A stretch of 64,000 bases of DNA, from positions 56,048,001-56,112,000 of the forward strand of contig CM060731.1 in the NCBI GenBank assembly GCA_030704615.1. The letters are read 5' to 3'. Origin of the DNA: Takakia lepidozioides (taxonomy: Eukaryota; Plantae; Bryophyta). Below are positions 1-10,089 of the stretch, in pieces (positions within the stretch are counted from its first letter, which is position 1; each line of letters begins with the position of its first letter). Made by a program: the position numbers and the translations under genes. The notes under the pieces were generated by a model, which worked only from the letters and a program-made list of their open reading frames with translations, made no database searches and was not told the origin of the DNA.

Positions 1-79
1 TTCCTTGACGCTGATAGAGTAGTTTCTTTTGTGTTTGTCTAGGCGCCGAGAGGCATAAGCCGTGCTGCATGCTCCTGTC

Positions 80-300
80 CACAGTGCCAAACTTGGCTGT
101 GATAGCAGCTTGAAAGTCAAGCCAATTATCTGGTCGTGGGTTCAGTTTATGAAACCACTCATCAACTTTAGACTTGAGATTCAACCTAGCCACCTTGAAC
201 ATCTTATCAGGTGTTAAGTCTTGAACATCACCAAGCATTTTTGGATCCTATCTACCCAATCATTCATATCCTCATTTTCCTTACCAAAGAAAGGAGCATC
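80..300 (-). pseudogene. Degenerate retrotransposon gag fragment
   Basis: Manual minus-strand translation gives ..GKENEDMNDWVDRI../DLTPDKMFKVARLNLKSKVDEWFHKLNPRPDNWLDFQAAITAKFG. This resembles the Ty3/gypsy capsid LxGxAxxW...W..L/F...F pattern and is frameshifted. Confidence 0.45.
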
Positions 301-722
301 AACACTAGCAAGATTAGTCATGATTGTTTCTTTAATGACATAATTCCTTGATCATTGCCAGACCCAAAATTGCACTATCATCAACATGCAGCAAACAAAA
401 ACAACCCTAATTTTGTTCTCTCTACCACTCCCACTGTCCGTTTTTCAGCATCTCAACGTTTCCACCCCAAGTTACCTCTGTAGCCATTGTATTCACCTTA
501 ACCCACCTGACATTCTCCCTAATCCACAGTGCCATGGTGCTTCGTCCTCTCGGATGAAAGACTTTAAAGTAATGGTCCCTATCATACAAACGTCAGGTTG
601 GATTGAAGAAATACAATCTAGGATCGGGATGAATAGCTGTCGTGCGCATACGTATCGCTACACAACTACATCGCTGTCCAAACCACACCACACATATATG
701 CACAATAAAGTAGTCTGCCACA

Positions 723-734
723 ATCGCCCCCCTA
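723..734 (-). promoter_or_regulatory. Probable polypurine tract of the DNMT-carrying element
   Basis: The minus strand reads AGGGGGGCGAT immediately before TGTGGCAG, downstream of the integrase-PHD stop. Confidence 0.5.
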
Positions 735-982
735 GCTGGTGGATAGGTCCCTCTAACTCCAGATAGCTACAAGATGTAATAGCCACAGCCGTACTAAGTC
801 CTCTATCACTGTCCCTATTGTACTCAAATTCTATATACCAAAAGGCCAGGTACAAGAGTAGCCCCATCGTTAGTCGCCGTCTTGCAATCTGTGAACTTGA
901 GCCAAGATCTCGTGTGTTCAAGGTCTCCTAATAGCTTGGCCTTGCATTTCTTGTTAGCCTTCCATGGTTGTATCCACTCCCA

Positions 983-1312
983 CTATCCAATGCAATGCGG
1001 ACATAACCAATCCCCATCAGGAACCATCTCAAGAGGTGGAGTCAAACATCCCATATGCCAACCTCTAGAGCATCGATCACACACCAGCATGGTGGCTGCC
1101 CCTCTAGCAGACCCACACAACATGCACCTCAAACTTGCAGGTACCACTGCCAGGTTTGGGTCAACCCTTCCATCAACATTTGGAAGGTGACATGGTGCGC
1201 AATTACGCACATGGTCCTTCCAAATCATGCCATCCCGACCCTCTAAGATCAGGACTCCTGAGGGCAACACCTCTCGAACCCTCAAAATAGTACGTTCTGC
1301 AGTCACATCCAA
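983..1312 (-). CDS. Integrase C-terminal region with PHD finger (C4HC3)
   Basis: CMLC...VCDRC..GWHMGC...VPDGDWLCPHC is a canonical PHD finger. It is in the same frame as the integrase ORF, separated by one TAG at 1328-1330. Confidence 0.9.
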   Translation of the reverse strand: MDVTAERTILRVREVLPSGVLILEGRDGMIWKDHVRNCAPCHLPNVDGRVDPNLAVVPASLRCMLCGSARGAATMLVCDRCSRGWHMGCLTPPLEMVPDGDWLCPHCIG

Positions 1313-1327
1313 GGTCGTAGGAGCAGT

Positions 1328-2269
1328 CTACTGCAGATAAACATAGTCACCAGGGTTAAATCTCCGAACCCCAGGACGATAGCTCCCACCACGTATGGTA
1401 GCATACCTCAACGTATCACGATGTTGTGCAATGGCAAGGTTCTCGAAAGCCATGGGCATGACTTTCTTGAACAACTCTGCACGTTGATCACATGCACGTG
1501 CCCACATGTCCGGATCATCAAGGTTGAGAACTGTAGCAGCTTCTCTATGAATGGATGCAGGCAAATCCGGCTCTCGGCCAAAGAGAAGAAAGTATGGTGA
1601 GAAGGAGACAAGTGATGCTTGCTTGTTGAACCTGCAGCCCATGGCTAACCAAGGTAACTGAAGGTCCCAATCTCCTAGGTGTCCCTTCTGCAAGCCATAC
1701 TTGTGCAAACCCCTCTTCACTGTCTGAACAACCCTCTCTGCCAAGCCATCGGCCTCAGGATGATCCCGAGAAGTGGTGCGGTGGTCTACCAAGGCTTTGT
1801 CACACAACGCCTGAAACTCCCCCAAGAACTCTCTCCCTTGGTCCGTGAGTACCTCAGCTGGAGCACCGAATCGGCTAAGTACACAATCCAAGAATGCATA
1901 CACAGCTCCCTCACTAGCCTTATCAGGCAATGGAACCAACTCGATCCACTTGGAAAAGTGCTCCACCATCACCAACACGTACTTGTTGTGGCGCATGGTC
2001 AATGGCAACGGCCCTGCGAAGTCAAGGCTCCACCTGTAGCCCAATCCCATGATCGGAAGATGATGCAATTGTGGAGTAGGGGCGTTGAATGAAGCACGCA
2101 CCCTGTCACACACCATGCACCTAGCCACAAATTGTTGCACCTCTGTGTGCATACCACGCCACCAATACTGCCCCTGCAGTAGACTATGAGTGCGTCGCAC
2201 CCCAAAATGCCCCAACTCCTCATGGGCATGCCGCACTAAACCGTGCCCGCTAGGTTGGGTGAGGCACAA
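1328..2269 (-). CDS. Retrotransposon integrase (HHCC + DDE core)
   Basis: HEELGHFG...CMVC zinc motif, plus SLDFAGPLP, VLTDQGREF and DGLAERVV catalytic D-D-E motifs. Confidence 0.95.
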   Translation of the reverse strand: MCLTQPSGHGLVRHAHEELGHFGVRRTHSLLQGQYWWRGMHTEVQQFVARCMVCDRVRASFNAPTPQLHHLPIMGLGYRWSLDFAGPLPLTMRHNKYVLVMVEHFSKWIELVPLPDKASEGAVYAFLDCVLSRFGAPAEVLTDQGREFLGEFQALCDKALVDHRTTSRDHPEADGLAERVVQTVKRGLHKYGLQKGHLGDWDLQLPWLAMGCRFNKQASLVSFSPYFLLFGREPDLPASIHREAATVLNLDDPDMWARACDQRAELFKKVMPMAFENLAIAQHRDTLRYATIRGGSYRPGVRRFNPGDYVYLQ

Positions 2270-3992
2270 TCCTCACTCGACCATCTTCCCACACTCGGAG
2301 CAGGTGTGTCCCCTCCCACTTGAACCTCTTGGCTCGTTGTAGGATCCGATCCCTCTCCTTGGCAGTCACAGTGGCTGCCGTGTCTCCAGTGCGGAGGTAG
2401 TCCAACACAGCTGAATCCTCATGTATATCTTTGGCGCCACCTTGCTCATTGCTGGCCTCAGGGTCCTCAGACACTTGATCTATAGTCATCCTTGTTGCAG
2501 GTCCAACCTGGCCTTCCGCTGCCAAGATACATAGAAATGCAGATGCATGCCATCCGGGCACCATCTCCTCGTCCGTCTCACCATGCCACCAAGCTCCAGT
2601 GTCATCTTGCTGGCTCGTGCATGGATTGCGACTCAACCCATCTGCATCCCGATTGACCAAACCCGGTCGATGCACAACCTGAAAGTCATACTCTTGAAGT
2701 ATGAGTGCCCACCGTGCAAGCTTCCCCGTAAGCTTGTCTGACTCCATCAACCACTTCAGTGGCTGGTGATCCATGACAAGGGTGAAGAGATTGCCATATA
2801 GATAGCACCTGAAGTGTGCCACGGCCCACACTGCAACTAAGCACTCTCCCTCATATGAGCTATACTTAGCCTCTGCAGCGTTGTTCGAGCGACTAACATA
2901 AGCCACTACGAACTCTCTTCCCTCATCATCCACCTGTGTGAGCACCGCTCCAAGCCCCAGCATGCTCCAATCTGTATGCAGCTGAAAAGGACGCCCCCTG
3001 TTAGGTCGTCTCAAGATGGGCGCCGAGGTCAACCTCGCCTTGAGCTCTTGGAAAGCTCGTTCTTGCTCATCTTCCCACTGCCACTCCTGGTCCACCTTGG
3101 TAAGCTTGGTTAGAGCCTTTGCAATGGCACTAAATCCCTTGACAAACCGTCTATAATAGTTTGCCAACCCCATGAAAGCTCGAACTTGGCTCACATCCGT
3201 GGGGCGTGGAATCTGTGCAATGGCCTCTACCTTAATCTGCTGTACCCCCAATCCTCCAGGATATATCATGTGACCCAGATACTCAATCTGGTTGTGGAAA
3301 AACTTGCACTTCCCCGGATGTAACTTCAATCCGTGCGCCCTCAAGCGCTCCAATACCACCTGAAGGTGTCTCTCATGCTCCTCCACCGTAGCACTAAAGA
3401 TGATGATGTCATTTATGTAGCACCGGTCAAACTCCACCCCTGCTAGAATCCTGTCCATGACTCTCTGAAACTCTGCAGGAGCGTTCTTAAGCCCAAATGG
3501 TAAGAACCGCCACTGATATAGGCAATCCTTCCCGTGCTCATTGATCCCCCAGAATGCCGTCTTCTGCTTATCCGCCGCTTTGATCGGCAACTGGTGATAT
3601 CCGGATCGTAAATCCAAAGTGCTAAAGACCTTGGCATGCCCAATGGCATCAAAGATCTCCTCAGGTGTTGGCATGGCATATCTATCGGACTTAGTCTGAC
3701 GATTTACAGGCCGGTAATCACCGCACATACGTCTCTCTGTCCAATTGCCATAGACATCCTTCTTGGCTGGCATCACTATGGCTGAAGCATACTCTCCACC
3801 AGATAGCTCCACCAAACCAGCCTCCCAGAGGACCTGAGTCCTCATCTGAATCAAGGACCTCTCCATGTCACTGTATCTATAGGGTCTCCAAAAGATTGGC
3901 GTGTCAATGGCCAATTCAATACGAATCTCTTGACCCTTCAGTGCTCCCAAGTCCTTCAAACTGAAGGCAAAGCAGTTCCTGTAAGCCCTCAA
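2250..3992 (-). CDS. Ty3/gypsy reverse transcriptase + RNase H
   Basis: RT motifs RMCGDYRPVN, LDLRSGYHQ, LPFGLKNAP and YINDII (YxDD mutated to YIND). RNase H motifs LHTDWS..GLGAVL, EGECL and DHQPL. Confidence 0.95.
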   Translation of the reverse strand: MRAYRNCFAFSLKDLGALKGQEIRIELAIDTPIFWRPYRYSDMERSLIQMRTQVLWEAGLVELSGGEYASAIVMPAKKDVYGNWTERRMCGDYRPVNRQTKSDRYAMPTPEEIFDAIGHAKVFSTLDLRSGYHQLPIKAADKQKTAFWGINEHGKDCLYQWRFLPFGLKNAPAEFQRVMDRILAGVEFDRCYINDIIIFSATVEEHERHLQVVLERLRAHGLKLHPGKCKFFHNQIEYLGHMIYPGGLGVQQIKVEAIAQIPRPTDVSQVRAFMGLANYYRRFVKGFSAIAKALTKLTKVDQEWQWEDEQERAFQELKARLTSAPILRRPNRGRPFQLHTDWSMLGLGAVLTQVDDEGREFVVAYVSRSNNAAEAKYSSYEGECLVAVWAVAHFRCYLYGNLFTLVMDHQPLKWLMESDKLTGKLARWALILQEYDFQVVHRPGLVNRDADGLSRNPCTSQQDDTGAWWHGETDEEMVPGWHASAFLCILAAEGQVGPATRMTIDQVSEDPEASNEQGGAKDIHEDSAVLDYLRTGDTAATVTAKERDRILQRAKRFKWEGTHLLRVWEDGRVRIVPHPT

Positions 3993-4349
3993 GAACCGCC
4001 GTATACGTCGTCTCTCTCCTCCGGTGACTATGGGTCCAACATCAGGCTCCCAGTTGTTCTCCGTGACTGCAACCTTGAGTCCAGCAGGCTTAGAGGTAGA
4101 AGACGCGTCCCGTGGTTGCTATGCTGCAACCTCTTGAGTAGTGACCACTGCCTCCTCTCTCAGTGATAATGTCCCATCCTGCCCCATCATCCCATCCTTG
4201 AGGACCTCCTCAACCCGAGAAAAATCCCCAACCTCATCCATCACCGCCGCCTTGGCTGCCAACTCCTTCTAAACCTCGAGCACCTCCCACGTGTGCCACG
4301 GATGCAGCCTGCACCTCGTGGTCCTCACCTGCTCGCCCCCACTCGCTGC

Positions 4350-5741
4350 CTATACCGTCTCGGTAGGCAGGGAGACCATGAAGGGAAGTGTACTAAGTAC
4401 TCTGTGCTGCTCAGCCATAGCCAAGCTGATAATCCAGGTCAAGCAATTGAGATCCATTGCTTGCCCCAACACCTGATGACGTGATGCCTCAGAAAGATGT
4501 GGCACCGCCGTGGTACCAGTGGTAAAACCCATCGCCCGCTCGCGCTCGTCAGCATTGGGCTCCACTAATTGTTGCAACTGGCTATCCCACAAGAGACTAG
4601 GTCCCCCATCCCGAAAAGCATGGGATCCTGGGAAGCTGAGCAGTGTAGATAATGCTGCTCGTGGTTGACCCACCCCGTTGACCACTGCCAAAGACGAACG
4701 GTCATCGTGTCTCACACGTTGAGACTGCCTCCCTGTGTCCAAAATGCTATCCACTGTGAGGTGTGCTGGCCGCTGCACCCCATCAAATGCACGTTTGAGC
4801 AGTGCGGGTGGCATCAAGTTAGTCCACCATAGCCGTGGACGATGAGTCCGTGACCCCACTGCAGCTGCATCCAGCAACACTGCTGACCCAAGCCACGACC
4901 GGACTTGATGCACACTGGCCATCACCCTGGCCCGAGAATCGCCCATCAGTGGCACATTCTCCAAGATGTATGCTGGAGATACAGCTTGATGAAGCTGCAA
5001 GTGGCGCAAAACCCGCACCATCTCCCAAAACAGACCCATCCTCGTGTCTCGCATTCCATTGCCATGCCGGGCTGATGAATGCCCTTGGCAGGGCCAACCT
5101 GCCACTACCAGATCAATGGAGCCAACCTGCTCCAAATCATGCGCCCCCAACAACGAAATGTTTGCTGGCAAGGCTTGTTGGTATCCACGAACTGTAGACA
5201 CTGGCAACAAATTAAGGTACTGCTGTACCAACTGAACAACATGGCGCAGTGAGACGCGTCGTGCAGTCTCATCCCTCTCCACATACAAGTAACGTCGAAC
5301 TCGTACACCTGCCTGCAGCACTGCAGCCAATCCAGTGCTGATCCCGCCAAACAAGTCCAGAAGGCATATGCCTTCATCCGGGCACTGCCACACAAGAGGT
5401 GTGGTGTCCAATGGCGACAACTGAGGTGGTCCTGGTGCAATCCCCGCACTCTCCTCTTCTCCTGACGGTACGAAGGCCTCTACCCAGGCTTGTTGCACCC
5501 GTTCATCAGCAGCTTGCTGCAAATCCTTGCTCGTACCCCACAATGGAGTGTGAGCAACCATGGCAGACAACTCCGCCGTACCATGCATGTCATCCTGCTC
5601 TGCTGGAGGTGGCACATCCTTTGCATGGGCATTGCCTTCCAGCAACTCTCCAGGCCAACTAACTGCAGCTATAAAGGCGGCTAGTGTTGGCATTTTGCCC
5701 CGCTGGGCAGCCGCAATACCCCCAATGAATGTCACCATCAA
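4350..5741 (-). CDS. DNMT3-like C5 cytosine DNA methyltransferase domain within the retrotransposon polyprotein
   Basis: Motif I LLDLFGGISTG (~5340-5365), II YLYVE, IV DLVVAGWPCQ (catalytic Cys 5088-5090), VI ILENV, VIII RPRLWWTN, IX ERERAMGF and X RHQVLGQAM. Order and wording parallel DNMT3 (LSLFDGIATG / GGSPC / FENV / RARYFWGN / EMERVFGF / RQRLLGRSW). Confidence 0.92.
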   Translation of the reverse strand: MMVTFIGGIAAAQRGKMPTLAAFIAAVSWPGELLEGNAHAKDVPPPAEQDDMHGTAELSAMVAHTPLWGTSKDLQQAADERVQQAWVEAFVPSGEEESAGIAPGPPQLSPLDTTPLVWQCPDEGICLLDLFGGISTGLAAVLQAGVRVRRYLYVERDETARRVSLRHVVQLVQQYLNLLPVSTVRGYQQALPANISLLGAHDLEQVGSIDLVVAGWPCQGHSSARHGNGMRDTRMGLFWEMVRVLRHLQLHQAVSPAYILENVPLMGDSRARVMASVHQVRSWLGSAVLLDAAAVGSRTHRPRLWWTNLMPPALLKRAFDGVQRPAHLTVDSILDTGRQSQRVRHDDRSSLAVVNGVGQPRAALSTLLSFPGSHAFRDGGPSLLWDSQLQQLVEPNADERERAMGFTTGTTAVPHLSEASRHQVLGQAMDLNCLTWIISLAMAEQHRVLSTLPFMVSLPTETV

Positions 5742-6837
5742 GGCCTGTAGCTGTGCACGACGACCATCCCCTGACTGCCATCAAGGCCTGTAGGATGCTG
5801 ACTCCTCCCGAAAGTCCAGGGTGAAGCCCATGGGATATAACACTGCCCCCCACGAGGACATCGTAAGAGACCGCGTCTGTCACAATGGCCTTGGCTCGCA
5901 TCACTGAGCCATCTATAGGATGATCCGGCTGCAGCCTAATGACCAACTCACGCCGTGTCATGCCCCGAGCCTGCTCTGATTCTCCCAGAGATGTCTGTAT
6001 CTGGAAAGGACAATGCTCCATATCCGCCTCCATGAGGCCCAAACCTGCAATAGCAGCTCTGCCCAACATCAGTGGCTGAGCTTCCTCCGAGTCCAACAAG
6101 ACCCGCAGTGGCCGGTACTTCTTACCTGCCGGTCCACTCAAAGAGAAAATGCCATCCTGGTTGTCTAACAAAACAACTCCAAGAGTCACCATGGCGCGCT
6201 CAAAGGCTGGCCTAGCAGGCAGCTCCGTCAACCTGGCAACTGCAGCTTTCCATGGCGCAGCCGTGGCAGTCTTGACCCTCAAATTCGAGGATCCCTCTGC
6301 CACTACACCTTCCAGTAACTCCGCAGAAGATGAAGTGACCTCCCCACTCTCACAGAGTGTTGCTGCTAGTCTGAACACTGCAGCTGGTCTTACCCCCGGC
6401 GTCGCAATCATGGTTGCCGAGACCAGTGGGGCTTGACACACAGAGGTGGCTGCCCCCAATAACACACCGGCTGCACTAGCCTTGGTAGCAGGTGTCAGTG
6501 ATGCACGTGTAGCTCTCCCCAATGGCATAGTAACCTCCACCTCGGTAACAGTCGAGCGAGAGCTAGATGCCATGGATGGCGTCGACACTGTCTCCGCCAA
6601 TGTGAATGACTGAGGGAGCCTCGCCTGACGGCTTGCCTCCCCACGCTGTGGATCCAATTCCACCTCTGCACCTCGTGGCTCAGGAACCGTGCTGCTTCCT
6701 CGAGTCACGGCTGCAGCGATCCACCCTGCTCTATTGTGCTGCTCCGCACCTGAATCCCATGCTCCCATATCTCCTCCCTCAGGAGCAGGAGGTGGACCAT
6801 CCCGCCTGGGAGCCGGTACCACCTGAGCTGTAGCCAT
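5659..6837 (-). CDS. Gag-Pol linker and retropepsin aspartic protease
   Basis: RVLLDS..AQPLMLG active-site-like motif and YDVLVGG flap/C-terminal motif. A frameshift near 5845 leads into the DNMT frame. Confidence 0.7.
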   Translation of the reverse strand: MATAQVVPAPRRDGPPPAPEGGDMGAWDSGAEQHNRAGWIAAAVTRGSSTVPEPRGAEVELDPQRGEASRQARLPQSFTLAETVSTPSMASSSRSTVTEVEVTMPLGRATRASLTPATKASAAGVLLGAATSVCQAPLVSATMIATPGVRPAAVFRLAATLCESGEVTSSSAELLEGVVAEGSSNLRVKTATAAPWKAAVARLTELPARPAFERAMVTLGVVLLDNQDGIFSLSGPAGKKYRPLRVLLDSEEAQPLMLGRAAIAGLGLMEADMEHCPFQIQTSLGESEQARGMTRRELVIRLQPDHPIDGSVMRAKAIVTDAVSYDVLVGGSVISHGLHPGLSGGVSILQALMAVRGWSSCTATGLDGDIHWGYCGCPAGQNANTSRLYSCS

Positions 6838-6849
6838 GGCAGGGAGCCT

Positions 6850-7200
6850 CTACTCTAGCTGCTGAAGCTGGTTGGCCATGCCTTGGTCAACACCCCGACC
6901 TTTGCGTCCTTGGCCATGTTGAGCTTGCCCTTGGCCTGCACCTCGTGCCCGGCCACCTCGTCCTCTCTGGGCTGGTCCACCTCGCCCCCGGCCACCATTG
7001 TTCCCTTGGAACTGGCCTGGGCGCAACTCAGGATGCAAGTCATAACACTGGGCATCTCCATGCCCATACTTGCCACAATGCCCACACTGCAACTGTGCAG
7101 GCTGTGCTTGTGCCGACCTTTTGCCACTCTCTAGGCAATCTCTCTTGACATGGGGTCATCCACATGTCCAACATATCACCCCTGGTTGTTGTTGGCTTGC
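6850..7200 (-). CDS. Gag nucleocapsid: two CCHC zinc knuckles and an RGG-rich tract (interrupted by stops)
   Basis: CWTCG*PHVKRDC and CGHCGKYGHGDAQC, followed by GGRGRGG repeats. Confidence 0.8.
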
Positions 7201-7276
7201 AAACTGGCCTCTGCACCTGAGGTCCCCTGTAAGCTCCATGAAATTTGGGTTGGGAAACCTTGCCCCCCTGACCACG

Positions 7277-8305
7277 CTATTGGGCAGTCCCTTGTGCCTG
7301 TGGGCTGGCAGCTGCGCCTCGTGCAGGCATGTCTTTGCCAAATCCAATGGTAACAACTCGTTCCTCCACCATGTTGAGCTCAATCCGCTCAGCCAGCAGA
7401 AACACATCTACTAATGTGGGTTGGGATGCTTGTAACAGGGTTGCATCCTGCACCCTTCTCCTGAGCTCCTTGTCCAAAATTCCATACCAGAACTGGATTG
7501 CCTGAGCTTCAGTAACCCCTTGGGTCACACTTATCAAGCGCCTCATACGAGTGTACGCCTCTCGCAGGCTCTCACTGGGTTTGCACTGGAAGTCTTGCAA
7601 ACTTCGTAGCTTCTCTGTCCGTACACCTTGATAGTTCCTCCGCAACTCCTGGAAGAACTCCACCACCAGGCTGAATGTAGGCACATGTGTTGTAGTTGTG
7701 GGATGATGAGTAGTAGGACCGTCTGCAGAAGTACCGGCACTACTTGTTCCACTACTAGTGCTAGCCGTGGGAGGTATTGGTGCTGATGCCGGTACTGGCC
7801 GTGTTGTTCCTCGAGTAATGGAGACGTAGTCAGGTGACCAATATATCCTCCACTCTTCAATTTTTGCTTCATGTCCTCGCCTGAACTCGTGGTAATCGTC
7901 CATAGGCGGGCCTTCCAAATGCTGGAACAATCCCTTCCACGCCATGAATGGGGTGAACAGCTGTGGATTGCGCATTTGCTGCAAATCACACCAGCTGTCG
8001 AACTCCTGGATAAAATCATCCAGCTCGATTGTGCCCACAGCTCCAGAGTACCTACGAGGCCCCTTGGTAGCTCTATACATCTCCTCCATGTCGTCCCACA
8101 ACAATGGCGAAGAAAACTGCACACTTGTTGATGAAGCCTCCAAGTCTGTGTCAGACTCTGCAGTAGTTGAGGGTGGAGGTGAAGGTGGTCTGAACCGAAT
8201 ACCTCGTCTTGTGAACCCACTCTCACTGTTACTGCCTGTAGGCGTACTCCCCTCAAAACCCTTGGGTAACTCCGTGATGACACTCACAATGTGCACCTCC
8301 CCCAC
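7277..8305 (-). CDS. Retrotransposon Gag (capsid)
   Basis: YSGAVGTIELDDFIQEFDSW... and FQCKPSESLREAYTRMR (major-homology-region-like Q...ES...Y..R). Confidence 0.8.
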   Translation of the reverse strand: MGEVHIVSVITELPKGFEGSTPTGSNSESGFTRRGIRFRPPSPPPSTTAESDTDLEASSTSVQFSSPLLWDDMEEMYRATKGPRRYSGAVGTIELDDFIQEFDSWCDLQQMRNPQLFTPFMAWKGLFQHLEGPPMDDYHEFRRGHEAKIEEWRIYWSPDYVSITRGTTRPVPASAPIPPTASTSSGTSSAGTSADGPTTHHPTTTTHVPTFSLVVEFFQELRRNYQGVRTEKLRSLQDFQCKPSESLREAYTRMRRLISVTQGVTEAQAIQFWYGILDKELRRRVQDATLLQASQPTLVDVFLLAERIELNMVEERVVTIGFGKDMPARGAAASPQAQGTAQ

Positions 8306-10089
8306 GTGACACTATAAGTACTAGTACTAATTCTAATAGTAACACGGGTGGGCACCTGTTGCAGTTTAAGGGTCATATCCCAGTGGCTCAGGGCACCTGC
8401 ACTTGCATCCACCGCAAGAACTCCTATGGTTGGCTGGTCATCAACCCAGTCTCACCATAGAAGAAACACTGGTGGTCTTGCTGGTCATCACTCCAGCCTC
8501 ACCACCGACAACATACTCTAGGATTGACCGGTGATTAAATCCGGCCTAATCCCTATGAAACCAAGCGCCCACAAAAAACCAACATGGCGCACAGTCAAGC
8601 ATGCAGGTGTTGGGGGGATCCAAACACAAGAAATCAAAACATCAACACCCCCACACCAAAATCCATCTGCAATGCTGATCCTGCAGAATATCCCAGCCCA
8701 AAACCCCGGACTGACTGGCCTCCACCAAGAGAGGCTTTGGCAACTACAAGTACAAAGTAATGAAAATAGTAAAGAGAGGGAGAGGAAGAATAGAAGCCCG
8801 ACCAAGCAAGATCTAATCCTGATCTATGCTATCAACTGCCAGACTTCTCTCAAAGTGCCTCGCTCTGCATGATGGTAAGGTGTAGGAGGTATATCTATGT
8901 CCAGAAACCTGCCACTAACCTTGTCCCAAGCTACAGTAGCTCGCTCTAACCAACCCTCCTCCTCTTTCTGCCAGGTAGAGACAAAGCAATACTCCCCTAT
9001 CTTCCGCTCACTGAACACTAAAGAAAATAAAGGTAGGGTTTGACAGTCTCTCAACTTGAAAGCTTTGAGACGGTTGCGGGTGTCCTCATTGCGAATGACT
9101 ACATCTCCTTCAAGCAGAACAAACTTGTCATTGCTAATGAACCCCCGCTCGTGGTTGCCTTGTGCAGAGCGTGTCCGGCTGCAACCATGTCTGATTGCAC
9201 AAACTTGTGTAGCTCCTGCTCCTCTGCTCCAGTACACCACGGCCTTGTGGCTGAACACCTTGGTCCCCGGGGCTGTCTTTGGCTGTGTTCCAAGCCTAGC
9301 TTTCACCCACTTTGGTATTTCACCTACAGCTGCAGAACTGCTGGCTCCAACAAAGTTCTGACTGTCCAAAGCAATATTGAGGCCCTCAACGCCAACTACA
9401 TCAGTTTGTTGTCTACTGCTAATGCCTGACTCCCAGTATGCAATCAACTCGTCAACTGTTCTCCACTCAAATCAGTCTGAGTTCCTTGGGAAACATAAAT
9501 CTTGTCCCTTTGTATGCACAGGCTAAGAGAAGAGACCTGCCCTTCAATTACGTCCTCATTTCCCCCAGCCATACAAGGAGGACATCCACAGATTTGTCTC
9601 TCATGTAGACCACAACAGGTTCTAGAAACAGAATTGTGGATCTTTCATAGCACACTCACACTCACACTCAAAAAATTCCATAGATTTTTAGCAGAGTCCA
9701 AAAAACTAAAACCATAGGTAGATTTCCCCATTCTGTAAGTCCCTGCGCAAGTTTTGGGTCAAACGGCCTTGGTAGGCCAAAGTTATGGCCAAACATGCTC
9801 TATCTAATTTAAATTAGATCAAAGAACGATTTTCTTTTAATTTTTCACACCCAAAACGTTCTCGCCATTAAAAACTGTTCCCACGTTTTTGCGATTCACT
9901 GCAGGTTCCCATCACGTTCAAAATACCGTGCCCTGTGAGTGCCCGAAATGGTGGAATTGAAGTCTACCAACAGAGGTTGCTGTGCAGGGATCCTCCTTCG
10001 CAGGCACACGCTTGGCAGCTGCTGCACGTCCTGCATCCCGGGTCTGCCATGCCTCTGGCGTCGGGGCTGCTCTTTCACTCTCCAGCGGC

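Larger units (their letters stand above)
638..8510 (-). mobile_element. Decayed Ty3/gypsy LTR retrotransposon carrying a DNMT3-like methyltransferase and a PHD finger
   Basis: Collinear minus-strand domains run Gag, CCHC knuckles, protease, DNMT, RT, RNase H, integrase, PHD (gypsy order RT-RH-INT). A purine-rich tract is followed by TGTGGCAG at 722 (probable 3' LTR start). CTGCAACA at 8357 is followed by PBS-like GGTGCCCACCCGTG (probable 5' LTR end). No matched LTR pair or TSD was seen, so the outer limits are approximate. Confidence 0.88.

Noticed and set aside
4350-5741. DNMT as an independent host gene or bacterial contaminant
   Set aside because: No introns or separate gene structure; it is frame-continuous with the protease C-terminus and RT, and shows the same decay pattern as the rest of the element.
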